Assembly (NCBI RefSeq): GCF_006345805.1
Contig: NC_042997.1
Coordinates: 26,660,001 to 26,724,000 of the forward strand
Direction: 5' to 3'
Length of the DNA: 64,000 nucleotides
DNA from: Octopus sinensis
Taxonomy: Eukaryota
Each line of letters opens with the position of its first letter. Position 1 is the stretch's first letter. Both the position numbers and the translations under genes were made by a program. The notes under the pieces were generated by a model. That model made no database searches, was not told where the DNA came from, and was given only the letters and a program-made list of their open reading frames with translations. Shown here in pieces: positions 52,298 through 64,000 of the stretch.

Positions 52298-52693
52298 TCT
52301 TTATATATAAAAGTGAAGTTGTGTGTCTGTCTCCTACGATTTAGATTCCTAACTACTCCCACATTTTACGGTGCAGTTTAACCAAAAACCGGGTATCTTA
52401 TAGTCGTGATTCCTATCGAGCCCTTTTGGGTATTAGTGCGCGTCTACGATGAGTCTACGATTAAAAAAAAATTATCATCATTTTTTTCCATTTTAATGCA
52501 TTTTTTCGCTATTATATAAGGGAAGTAGCTCTCTAAAAATGTCTTACGATGAGTCAACGATTTAAAAAAAATTCACCATCATTTTTTTCTATTTTTAATG
52601 CATTTTTTTGCTATTTTTTGGCTATAACTCTCTAAAAATGCTTATATAGTTATTTCCCTTACAAACCCGAGCAACGCCGGGCGATACTGCTAG
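52298..52693 (+). mobile_element. non-autonomous Helitron
   Basis: Inserted at A^T; 5' TCtttatatataaaag; subterminal hairpin cccgagcaacgccggg; 3' CTAG; internal ~110-bp tandem duplication. Confidence 0.85.
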
Positions 52694-53115
52694 TATAGCT
52701 TATAAAAATACATATAGAATTTTAAAAATATGGTTCAATAATGTTTTTTTTATATATTTTCTTTTAAATGCATGCACTAAGTTCAAGTAAGGTCTTATGT
52801 AGAGAAAAAGTATACATATATCGCAAGCTGTAACCAGCATTGTTGTTATAGAAGAACAAAATTAGGATTCCTTTAATGTGAATTTTCATTGCAATAAATC
52901 TTCCTGACATACGTTCACTCCGAATATGCACATGTATACGTACGTATTGTTTGTGTGTGTGTGTGTGTACGCGCGTCTGTGTGTATGTGAGCGCGCGCGT
53001 GCTTGTGTGTGTGTATACGTGTGTGCGCAGTGTTGTATGTAAATATACATATTCATTACATGAAAAACTGCATTTTCTCACCGATGAATATAACTGAGGT
53101 GAGCAAAACTTTAAT

Positions 53116-53159
<44 letters not shown>

Positions 53160-53174
53160 ATATATATATATATA

Positions 53175-53360
53175 GGTCGCTAGCCACTACACACTCTTCA
53201 TTTTCTCTCCTTGTTTCCTTTCTGTGTTCCTTTCTGTGGAAGAGCTTAGGCTCGAAACGTTAAAGACTTTTTCACTTCCAGAGAGCTTTATACTAATACA
53301 TCTGTTTGTTGTCTACACCACCTGTCTTCGTCTTTTGTTTTTTTTGTGAATTCTCCCTAT
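53175..53360 (+). mobile_element. Penelope-like terminus with variant hammerhead motif (53230-53265)
   Basis: CTTT-CTGTGGA-A-GAGC(TTAG)GCTC-GAAA-CGT-T-AAAG; lies between (TA)n and (TG)n. Confidence 0.65.
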
Positions 53361-53384
53361 GTGTGTGTGTGTGCGTGTGTGTGT

Positions 53385-53416
<32 letters not shown>

Positions 53417-55084
53417 TGAGAGAGAGAGAAAGAGAGAGACAGACAGAAGGATAGATAGGTAGATACATAGATAGACTGATTGATGGTATGAGAGTTGGAA
53501 AGGCAACAGTGTATCGAAGAGAACACGTTTACATGAATCTCTAATAGAGATTGCTTTGACTAACTTTGGTTTATCCCATAGTTCTTAACGTTTCCCAATA
53601 TTCACGACGCTCGAAGAGACTAATTCCACGTAGTTATTTGTTCAATCATTAAAATAAATCATCGATTTTGGAGTGTATTGTGAATAATTTGAAATCTGCT
53701 GTAATTTCGTTTCTTCGTGTAAAGTTCAGTTTTAGACATTAGCAACAATCCTATTTAAATGTATTTAGCAATGAATCTCGTTGATAAATTTGGATTAAGA
53801 GCTGTAATCTGGAATGAGATACGGAGTCTCGCTCGAAATAATTAAAATGTGTAACATTAGCTTATGTTTAACAAGTCCTATGAAAGATGGCTTTGCTCTA
53901 ACAGTTTGCCTTTCTTCTTCTCTTTTATCATTTTTGAAATAACAGCCATAGTACATGAGTGCACGTATGCGTTTAGTATTCTGCGTTGTCCGCTTGGTAA
54001 GCGTGTGTAAGTTTTATTGCACAATAAAGTGACGCGAAATGTAAAGCAAACATTCTAAGAATGAAGAAAAATCCCTTCGTGAAACAGTTTCGATTTCCGG
54101 TTAAAGTTAATTAAATGCACCTACGTTCTTAATGACATCCTGTTCACTTTCCATTTATTTCTCAAAGACTTTTTACGGCAAGAATCAATATTGAATTGAG
54201 ATAATTTCTATCAAAGCCACATTGTATGTAGTTCTCATGATGCTAGATTACATCGGCTGCTGCTGTCGCTATTAATGTGGATGTTACTGTTGCTGAGGCT
54301 CAGTTTAGCTCGGGTTATGTCTTTCCATGACGTGTAGAGATAGTTGGTCCAACGGCATGGCAAAACTAATAGATATATTAGTCAAGATTTACGATACGTT
54401 CACCAATCTAAGCCATATTTACATTCCGTATGAACTGCTGCATAGTACATTCCCTACTGCCAAATTTGTTTCGTTTTTGAATACCAACAGATTATCCTTG
54501 TTGTCATTCGCCAAGTGTTTAGTGTTGGCAATTCAAAGGTCCAGTTTTGTTACTGTGGAGTGGCGTTGATTTAACCTGAAACTATGTTAATGGTATGCGT
54601 GTCAGTGTATCGCGAGGCTCTTTAGCCATTAATTCAATTTGCAGGTTATACATACATGACTGCATACATACATGTGTACAGTTATGAAAATCAGCTACAT
54701 AGCGGATATAACATAAAACTGAAGATCAGTGAAAAAGAGGATACCTACGGTGAACTATTGAGAAATCTACTGTTACTGTATCCAGATTACAAGTTCAGAT
54801 TTAAACCTGTAATTATTGGGTGACTGGGATACGTAGCATACATCCTAAATACCAAACTTGAGAAATAAGGTTTCTCAAAACCAGGAAGGATAAAGTTGAT
54901 TCGAAGATTACAGATACAAGCCATCACTGGAACTGTAACAAATCTGCAAAACCTACCAGAAGTTCATTATTTAAGTATATATTTGCAAGTATATGCATGA
55001 GAAGACATACATAAAACAAAACATACAAATCTGTGCGTATACATACATAGATGCATGCGAAAATACCCACACACGACACACATA

Positions 55085-55128
<44 letters not shown>

Positions 55129-55130
<2 letters not shown>

Positions 55131-55402
55131 GGAGTAAACACATAAATGTGAAACAAGGTGGTACAAGAGTACTCAAATACCAGTGATAAAGTAATATGCT
55201 TTATTTAAAGCAGCAGAAAATTCAACAAAACCTGTTACTCTGTGTTTCACGTTGTCGTTCATCGGACAGTTTTTGCTAGAATAGAACCGAAGTCTGGATA
55301 GAATTGACATATCGGTTCTATTCTAGCAAAATCTGTCCGATGAACGGCAACGTGAAACTCAGAGTAACAGGTTTTGTTGAATTTTCTGCTGCTTTAAATA
55401 AA

Positions 55403-55408
<6 letters not shown>
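55129..55408. mobile_element. Penelope-like fold-back element: 97-bp inverted arms, 21-nt loop, unique tail, within (TA)n
   Basis: Arms 55194-55290 and 55312-55408; each arm carries a hammerhead motif. Confidence 0.8.
55333..55370 (+). ncRNA. minimal type I hammerhead ribozyme motif (U4C variant)
   Basis: CUGU-CCGAUGA-ACG(GCAA)CGU-GAAA-CUC-A-GAG-UA^ACAG; stems I, II and III all pair. A second copy lies on the minus strand at 55232-55269. Confidence 0.65.
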
Positions 55409-55438
<30 letters not shown>

Positions 55439-56293
55439 GAGAGTTATTGGTATTCAGAAGACCCAAGTGGCAGGTAAGGCTCTGTAAGTGTTATGGAAGG
55501 ACCGTGGTTAAACTCTCGGTTCAATAATAATACGAGTTAGGTGTCTAATGTGGGTGTAAATATATATATGTTTCAGAGGGTGGTGTACTACATATAGTTG
55601 AGACCAACCAAGTATCTGTACCGCGATTGCTTTAAATCTCACTCTAAATATTAAGACTAATATCTTATAAAATAACTAAAATAATTACATGGACAGAGGA
55701 AAAAAAAAAGAACGAATTTTTGTGGACAGTGGAGTCGATAATATTCTTTTCTACTCTAGGTACAAGTACCGAAATTTTGGTGGAGCGGGCCAGTCGATTG
55801 GATCGACAACAACAGAAAGACGAAAGCAACGTGAATTTACTATTCTAGCACTTCTGCAAACCTTTTGCCAAACCAGAAAGCTGTAAGGTAAAAGAGATTA
55901 AGTCAACTTAGCAAAAGACTTTGAAGCTCAAGTGATTTTCTCATTAATAACATCGAACGATATGATATAAAATACAAATTTATCAACATTTTAGGTAATC
56001 ACTCTAATTCATTTAATTAATAAATTTGTCTAGCTAATAATTTATAGAACTCTGAAATATTAAGAATATTACTGACACAGGAAAAGTAGACATCATCTAG
56101 TCAAGAAATCAAAAAGATCAATATCATAATTTTTCTAAATATCGATAAGCAATATTTTAATTTCTAACATATTTAATGTTGCATGTGAACTTAGCAATAC
56201 GTTGGTAAGAATTACCAAAACACACACACATAGAAACAGCTACATACAATCACACACATCTTATATATATAATCATATTATATATATGTAATG

Positions 56294-56366
<73 letters not shown>

Positions 56367-56429
56367 ATAATATATAATGTTTATATATATATATATATAT
56401 ATACATATATGTACGTAATGTATATATAT

Positions 56430-56474
<45 letters not shown>

Positions 56475-56658
56475 TACATAAACACACATATTTGGCCTAG
56501 GAAGAGGAGGAAGAGGGAGAAAGACGAACAGAACTGGAGAGTTGGTTCTTAAAATGTTAGTATTGTAATTTTGCCCGGATTTCAGTGAAGATTATGGACG
56601 AATTATTCACGCTGAGTTAGCTTAGTTTTTAAGCCTTCACTTTGATAGATTTTGCACG

Positions 56659-57302
56659 TACGAGATCTAATCAATAACTACCCGGACTGTTGCTTTAGTA
56701 ACGAAGCGAAAGCACGCTTGGCATACATTTACCGTGACTCTGCTGTGCATTTGCACTAAGTTTTAACGTTCTAGCTCACTTCTGCTGTTTACAGCACTGC
56801 TTGGAAGGAACGTGTGTAGCGAGTGATCGTTGCATTGATCATGAATCTGCATCAAATTTTTCCAAAAGCTTGGCGGTACCTGCTCAGAGGCCTACGTAAA
56901 CTTGCAGAAAGTGTATGGAGAGGAGAGTATGAGCCGAAAAAACATCAACAATGACGATCCAACTGAGACACTTGCAACCAACTGAACTGAAAAAAACATC
57001 GCAGATGTGAGTGCAGCTATGAGTGGAAATCGTCGAAACACCATCCGTGAGGTTTTCCTCTTTCCAAAAATCAAATCCCGCTAGAAAGGAAGATTTCAGG
57101 ACGTGGAGGAAATCAAAGTGAATGAGTCGCGGCAGGTACTGATTGTCCCAGAAAACAAGTTCTAGGAATCCTTCCATCAATGAAAACAGCGCTGTAATAA
57201 ATGTGTGGTTTCCGAAGGTGACTACTTTGAAGGAGATCTAATGTCAAGTTGATACGTGTTGTAGATTTGTTTTTATAGCACCAGTCCGGATCAAGCCTCG
57301 TA
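56659..57302 (+). mobile_element. internally deleted mariner
   Basis: TA-flanked TIRs (tacgag..ccggactg.tgct); N-terminal CIKFFQKLG..EAYVNLQKVYGEESMSR; C-terminal FLFPKIKS..KCVVSEGDYFEGD. Confidence 0.85.
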
Positions 57303-57752
57303 TATTACATAATTCAGCCATATTCTTCTCTAACACACCTGTAACATGGCGTGGTTAAATATCTGAGGACCTAGTCTCAAATTTTTGTTTCTGGTTCTAT
57401 TTGTACATCGCGAAAGTTTTTTTCTTTATTTCTGAAGACCCGCGAAAAGAAAACTTGGAGTATAATACATGAATTCTTCTTTTCTTTCAATGTATATGTA
57501 TGCACGTGGATTTCTAAAAACTGATTACATGCCATTAAATATAATTTGCACTATACATAAATTGATAATACATACAGAAATGTATCTATTTATGTTTGCA
57601 TATATGTATATATATATATGTATATTCACAAACAATGTGCAATTATGTTGATTAGCTCCAAGAGGCCATCGCCTCTAGCTAGTGATGTGACATACCAACC
57701 TGTGTCCATTACAACCTTCGAATATATATATATACATACATACATAAATATA

Positions 57753-57795
<43 letters not shown>

Positions 57796-57806
57796 TATAT
57801 ATATAT

Positions 57807-57843
<37 letters not shown>

Positions 57844-57917
57844 ACGTATGTATGTAGGTATGTATGTGTGTGTGTGTGTGTGTGTAACAAATAGCAGACG
57901 AATTATTATTATTATTT

Positions 57918-57963
<46 letters not shown>

Positions 57964-59399
57964 ATTTTGTTTCGATTTCTTTCCGAGAGTCTTCCTGACA
58001 CCTAGGGTAAAACAAACTCACTGTATACTTTGGTAAACCATTAAAATACACATCAGATTCTTCATTTACAATGCCTCGAGATAGAAAAAAAAACGTATAG
58101 AAAATTGATTCTGTGTATATATTCTGAATGAGCAGTTGTGTATGTTCTTTATTTTGCTTTATTCATTAATGCCATATACTAGGTAACGCAGTGTATGTAT
58201 GTATGGTCATTAGAATGACCAGTTTGTTCCATAATTATATATGCACATTGTATATGCTGTTTGACAATATTAATCTAGTTTATGCTTCACATTGCCAACG
58301 TTTCTTCATGATATTTATATCATACGCGTATTAATGGTGTTACGATACAGTTAATCTATTGTGATATAATTCTTGTATATAGAAACGGTAGCATATTCCT
58401 CTCTGGGAACGGATACTGTTCATAAACTGCAATGCTATATTGTTATCATCTGACGTCTTTGCGACTTTGTAGATTTCCACAGTTACCCTGTCATAATCGT
58501 AAATATGATCTATGTGTATACTTAATCGTATCCTTATTTCGAATCTAATATATTTGTTTAGTAATAAGGCTTGACATCATGTTATGGCAACCAGACAGAT
58601 TTCAGTCAATAGAATTGTGTAGTATATGTAATAAGTATATTTTATTCCAGTTCCATAGGATAGAACTGGAATAAAATATGAAGAATCTGTTATTTATATT
58701 CCAGCATGTTCAATGCCCTCCCCTCCATTTTGTGATTTACAATTTTTTCTTCTTACATTTATGGAATATGATATTGTTGCAGAGATAAAAATAGTACTTT
58801 AGCATTATTTTGTTTTCAGTTCAATAACGTATTATACAGAATTAATATATATTTTTTTACCAGAACAACAACGATCCCTGGTACGAGATGTAATCAAATG
58901 GAGTGACTGTCATATTATGCGTTTTCTTTTTGTTGTGTTTGTTTAAAATAAACAATCGTAGTTTTACAGAACAGTGGAATAATAAACACTTTTATGAAAT
59001 TAAAAAAAAACACACTCACTTATAAAAATTAATATTAGATGAGAGCAGTAGATGGTATTGGATTCCATAAATATGTAGATCTTTGTATTGAATGCGTCGT
59101 CGACGAGCGGGGCCATGAACGCAAGAGAACGTGTTTGTGTCAAATCATTAGCTATCGTTTATGTAATCTCATTAATCATCGTTACTTTTCTTGGTTTTCC
59201 CTTAGTCAATCCTGAACGAACTGAGCAAGGATCAAAGATTACATTGTCCAATGTGTCGTTTCTTTGTTTAAGACTGAGTGTGAGAACTGTTTCGTTCTCA
59301 ATCATTAACTTAGCTGCCATTACCATTTCTTGAAATCATTTTTATACTGGCACTTTTTTATCTTATGCATTCATCTCGAATGCGCATATATTGTCCTTC

Positions 59400-59605
59400 A
59401 CTTGCAATCTGGTTCTGATGGAAGAGTTCTTTGATCAAAAGCACTCTAACTATTTACGTTCTGATTTCAAATTCCGCCGAGGTCGACATGGCCTTTCATC
59501 CTTTCGGAGTCGATAAAGTAAGTACCAGTGATACACCTGGGTCGATGTAATCGACTAGTCCCCTGCCTCTAAATTCAGGCCCTGTGCCTATAGTAGAAAG
59601 GATTT
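59400..59605 (+). mobile_element. family R SINE
   Basis: Core aattccgccgaggtcgac..cctttcggagtcgataaa.taagtaccag and tail cctgtgcctatagtagaaagg. Confidence 0.8.
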
Positions 59606-60873
59606 ACGATATGGAGGACTCCATTATTTTAGTGATATTCCTTTTCAAGAATTACGGCTTGAGTTAAAGGAAGCCAGTTAACAGACTATATACAATTTTT
59701 CTCTATGTCACCTAACCTCTATGGCTTTATATCGGGATGTCAGGTGGATACTAAGCGATAGTTAGAATTTTCGTTATTGTATTCTTAAGAATAACTTGTG
59801 GCCGTAGTTTTACCACAAAACGAAAGACATAGATGTACAAGTCTACCAGCAATTATCGTGCTTATTAGTTGAGCCAATTAACTCATACAACAAGAAGGAA
59901 GTACACATTAATGAAACTTAATAATTATGTAATTTTCAAGGGAATTTATAATGCAGTGTTACCTCTCTCGTGTACACAGTGTGCAAGATTTCCTGTTTTT
60001 TCTGTCTTTATTCTGAAACGTTCCGTAATAATTATGCATTTCTTATCACCTGGAGCAAAATTTGTTTGAAATAAATCTGTATAAAGTAAGTCTCTATACA
60101 ATAGACTGTTCCCAGAAATTAATGGCAATTTACAGCCTTAAGTGATATTAACTATTTTCCTTTCAGATCAAAAGAAAAATAATATTCCTATGACTTTCCT
60201 GGGTGTTTACAGACTGGAAAGAATCTTGTGGTTGATATTAAGTTTGAAAAACTTACCTGTGGGGAAGGAAAAAAGAACATGGTTGGCGTCTTGGGTGAGA
60301 AGGATTGGCTTACGAAGTTAGAAACAGTTCCATTAAAATAGATACAGGATACGTGAAGGGATGAGATTAATTTTGTATTGGGAGTGGAACGATTTGGTAG
60401 TGGTATGGTTAAAATAGAGAAAGAAGCAAAGTAGAAAATGTTTTGCGGCTATAATTTATATTTACTATAATTTATGTTTACTATGTATTATTTGAGAGAG
60501 AGATATTTTGTCAAACATGTCTAGAAATAAATTTTGAGATTCAAGAATCCTAGAGGAATTAAATAATCAGCTTAGTAATGTTGGTTATTAAGAAACTTCA
60601 AGAATAAAACGGTCTTCATTAAAATAAAAGGGAATTACGTTTGTTGGCTGCAAATAGACTACTCCTGAGAAATACAGAGAGTTTCGAAATTTCTGATTAA
60701 TTAGTGTTGCTAGATTCATTTACAGGGACTTGGTATTTAATATTCCCATAACATAGTTATTAGTAATAGCTTAAATATTTCACACACACTGGTCATTAGA
60801 AATTATTATTCCCCACCACACACACACACATGCACGCACGCATTCACACACACATATACATATATCCCCCCAC

Positions 60874-60919
<46 letters not shown>

Positions 60920-61315
60920 ATGTGTGTGTGTGTGTGTATAAAAGAAGGAGAGGAAAAACTGGAGATAAGGAAATCAATAATTGTTTATCATTAACAAATT
61001 GGTCGTCTTTGCTTCTTACAGCTGCTTCAATTAATATTCAGTAATTTAATCACAAATTTGTAATTATATTATTGTGTATTAATTGAAACAGCCGTAAGAA
61101 GTGAAGATTACCAATTCATTAATGATAAACAAATATTAATTTCCTTATTTCCATTTTCTTTTCTTCTAAATGAATATAAACTGAATGCTTTATATATATA
61201 CCTATTGTTTTATGGGAATTTCAATCCCCCAAAATACTAGGTATTGTACAAGTATGTCTTTGGCTGTAACTATCCTTTCATGAGGTTAACATATCTTCTA
61301 ATAAAATTTATACAT

Positions 61316-61354
<39 letters not shown>

Positions 61355-62444
61355 CAAATGAATAATAACAGAAGATGGATGAAGGTCAGTTCATTACAGC
61401 TGTTTTTGACGTAGTTTGATAGAAGAATGAGTACATTACACCATTGTAAAAAGTCAGCCAAAGCTGATCATTTCATGGTCAGCTTCAGGCATGTTCCTAC
61501 TGTGTTCTTGGAATATTCTCCTATTGTTTTGAAATTATATATTTCATCTGATGATCAATTCGATCAAGCAGGGCTATCATCACTGGTTTTTTATCATAGC
61601 CCTGCTTTTATGCAGATGGTGCACTTGAAAATACTTTATCCAATATGTCCTTTGTTCTATTAGAATGTGATTTGAATGTGATTTGGTTGTTATTCCTAGC
61701 ACATTGAGCGACGGAGTTGATGATCCGTCATTGGCCAGTTTCTCTTATTATTAACAGTGATGGTAACGAAACTGTTGTTGTACATCTTTTTAATCCCATG
61801 TATGATGGGTTTGAGCAATGATTCTGTCGCCAACAATCTAGTTTTATTCTCATGTTTCCTGTATCTTGCTTTTCGAAGAGAGTAAATGTGAAGCACGAGG
61901 AAAATTTAAATACTCTTTCTAACATTTCTGGTTACCTTATGTAGATGACAACGGTGGTACTCTAACGTACTTCGATAAAACATTTGTACATTCAATAAAT
62001 CTGAGGTCTTCTGATTAATATTCTTAATTTGTAATATTGCTTGAGAGGCTGTTTTTAATTATCAAGTGAAAGTTCTTACTGTTGTTATTTAATACCATCT
62101 CGGCCGGAGAAAGAAAATCTTACCACGAAGTGTGTGTAGGGAGTTTTATTTTATGAGTGTAGGTATGTATGTCTGTGAGCTGGTGCACATGCATATTTGT
62201 TTGTATTGGACCTCTGTGAAAAATGGAAAGGCTAAATATAGATTATGAACGAAGTGAAGCCTAAGTTTTAAAGAAATAATTAAGCACACATGCACGCGCG
62301 CGCTCACACACACATACGCGCACAAATATACTCTCACAAACACTCGGACCATCACTTAAAAACATGCATAATCACGTGGGTGTACGTACGCATACATATA
62401 CAGTGCCTCGCAAACACATTAAGAATTTATTTTCGTGCTGGTTT

Positions 62445-62640
62445 TAGCTCGTGGCAGAATCGTTAACAAAACCGGCAAAAATTATTTGCGGCATTTCGTA
62501 CATTATCGTTACGTTCGGAGTTCAAATTCTGCCGGGGTTAACTGTATCTTTCATCCTTCTGGATTCGATATTATAAATACCAATCGAACAAACCACTTCC
62601 CTTGAAATTGCTGGCTTTTTGTCAAAATTTGAAACCATTA
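62445..62640 (+). mobile_element. family R SINE, diverged
   Basis: Head gtggcagaatcgttaac, core, and tail caaaatttgaaacc. Confidence 0.75.
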
Positions 62641-63156
62641 TGAGCAACGGGCTCGATAGATTTAAACATAGTAAAGCGAATCACGTGGAATTTACATTTA
62701 TAATATCATATTATGCAAACGAAGAGACACTCAAAAATAAGTATGTGTGTGAAGGAGTGTGCATTTGTGAGTTCTCTAAATATAAGAGGAAATTTCCGCA
62801 AGACTGCGTTAAAATTTGAAGAAGTTTGACAATAAGATACGTTTTATCGCGTTTGAAGTGTGCACCACATTTAAAGTAACCTCTTCGCTTCTACGATAAA
62901 AGATTTCGTCCTCGCTGTAGCAGCCATATTGGCGATGTGCTAAAAACGTTGCATAATTACACACACACACACACATAGACACACATACATACATATGAAA
63001 ATATAAACCATTTCAGCTACTTGGTTACGTAATATTTAATGTATTATTTCCTTTCCTTTCTAAGGCCTTGTTATTTTCGCAGATTTTATAGAAACAATTA
63101 AGATAATAAAACACTTTCCATGTTATTCAAACGTACTTATATTTTCTTCTTCTGTC

Positions 63157-63168
63157 GAAGATGGCGGC
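63157..63168 (+). promoter_or_regulatory. GAAGATGGCGGC, exact TISU / YY1-type motif
   Basis: Matches SAASATGGCGGC; a divergent near-match CAATATGGCTGC lies on the minus strand at 62920-62931. Confidence 0.3.
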
Positions 63169-63563
63169 GAGAGTGTCTTTTTTATCACGGTACCATTTCA
63201 TTTAGAATATCGGAAACGAAATGCTTGTGTAGAAGATTAAAAAAAAAAAAAGATCGATTATTAATTTTTGCAGCCTTTTTTTTTTTATTATTAACCCCGA
63301 TATTTTTTTCACTTGAATAATAATACCGCTTAAGTATTTCAGAGTAATTTCGAAATCGCATGTTTATGTTTTAATCTACTTGTTATAGTTGTTTTTAGTT
63401 TTTTCATTAAGTCATTATAATTTTATTAATATTTAGTAATGTTGTGATTAGGATATCGACAAACAAATGTGATCAAATGAAATTGGAATTCTTTGAAGTG
63501 ATACACGCTTTACAAACATACATACGTAGAAGAAGTACAACCGTAAAGAACAAGAACAAGAAC

Positions 63564-63595
<32 letters not shown>

Positions 63596-64000
63596 TTTCT
63601 GTGGTGGTGGTGGTGGTGGTGGTGGAAATGATGATGGTGGAGATGGTGGTGGTTTTGGTTGTGGTGGTGGTGGCGGCTTTGGCGATAATGTTGGAATGAC
63701 GAAACTGAGAAATATGAAAGGCAAATAAAGCAATACCCGATAAAGCGAAGCAAAGAAAAAAATATAAGACAAATCGCATTTTAAAAATCCATGATTTCAA
63801 AGAAGATTCTTTGGAAACACCAATTAAAAATATACTGTTTATGAATGGACGCACACACACACACACACACCACACACACACACACACGCACGCACGCACA
63901 CACACATGCATGTGTGTTTGTTTGCGTGAGTGTGTGTGTGTGTGTGCTCCACATAGCTGATTCATTACGATAATCGTCAAACAGTTCTAGAATATCAGCC

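Noticed and set aside
54327-54569. 80-aa plus-strand ORF
   Set aside because: No recognisable domain or splice context; consistent with chance.
58360-58580. ~70-codon minus-strand open frame (..IYDYDRVTVEIYKVAK..)
   Set aside because: No start codon, weak splice sites and no homology recognised.

Overview
This is a eukaryotic, AT-rich 64 kb window dominated by repeats, with a 100-N gap at 796-895. The SINE families and microsatellite load resemble a coleoid cephalopod (Octopus) genome; that assignment rests on recalled repeat consensus sequences, not a search. No complete protein-coding gene is evident, and most ORFs in the track are microsatellite read-throughs. Supported content: about 30 tRNA-derived SINE copies in at least three families (A, B/C, R), several with clear target-site duplications; four mariner elements plus a templated mariner fragment; a maT/Tc1-like fragment; CR1/Jockey-group and RTE LINE remnants; one non-autonomous Helitron with all terminal hallmarks; and Penelope-like termini embedded in (TA)n arrays. 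The most interesting signals are: (1) minimal hammerhead-ribozyme motifs in the Penelope-like termini, one inside a 200-bp fold-back palindrome; (2) three unrelated long palindromes sharing a (TA)n-hairpin-tail-(TA)n architecture; (3) a SINE with one head and three tandem bodies bracketed by a 13-bp TSD; (4) a possible long-intron minus-strand gene, with a Cys-rich 159-nt exon, frame-symmetric micro-exons, two polypyrimidine-CAG|GTAAGT sites resembling recursive splice sites, and a possible divergent promoter near 63 kb. The gene-related calls are low confidence and need RNA data.
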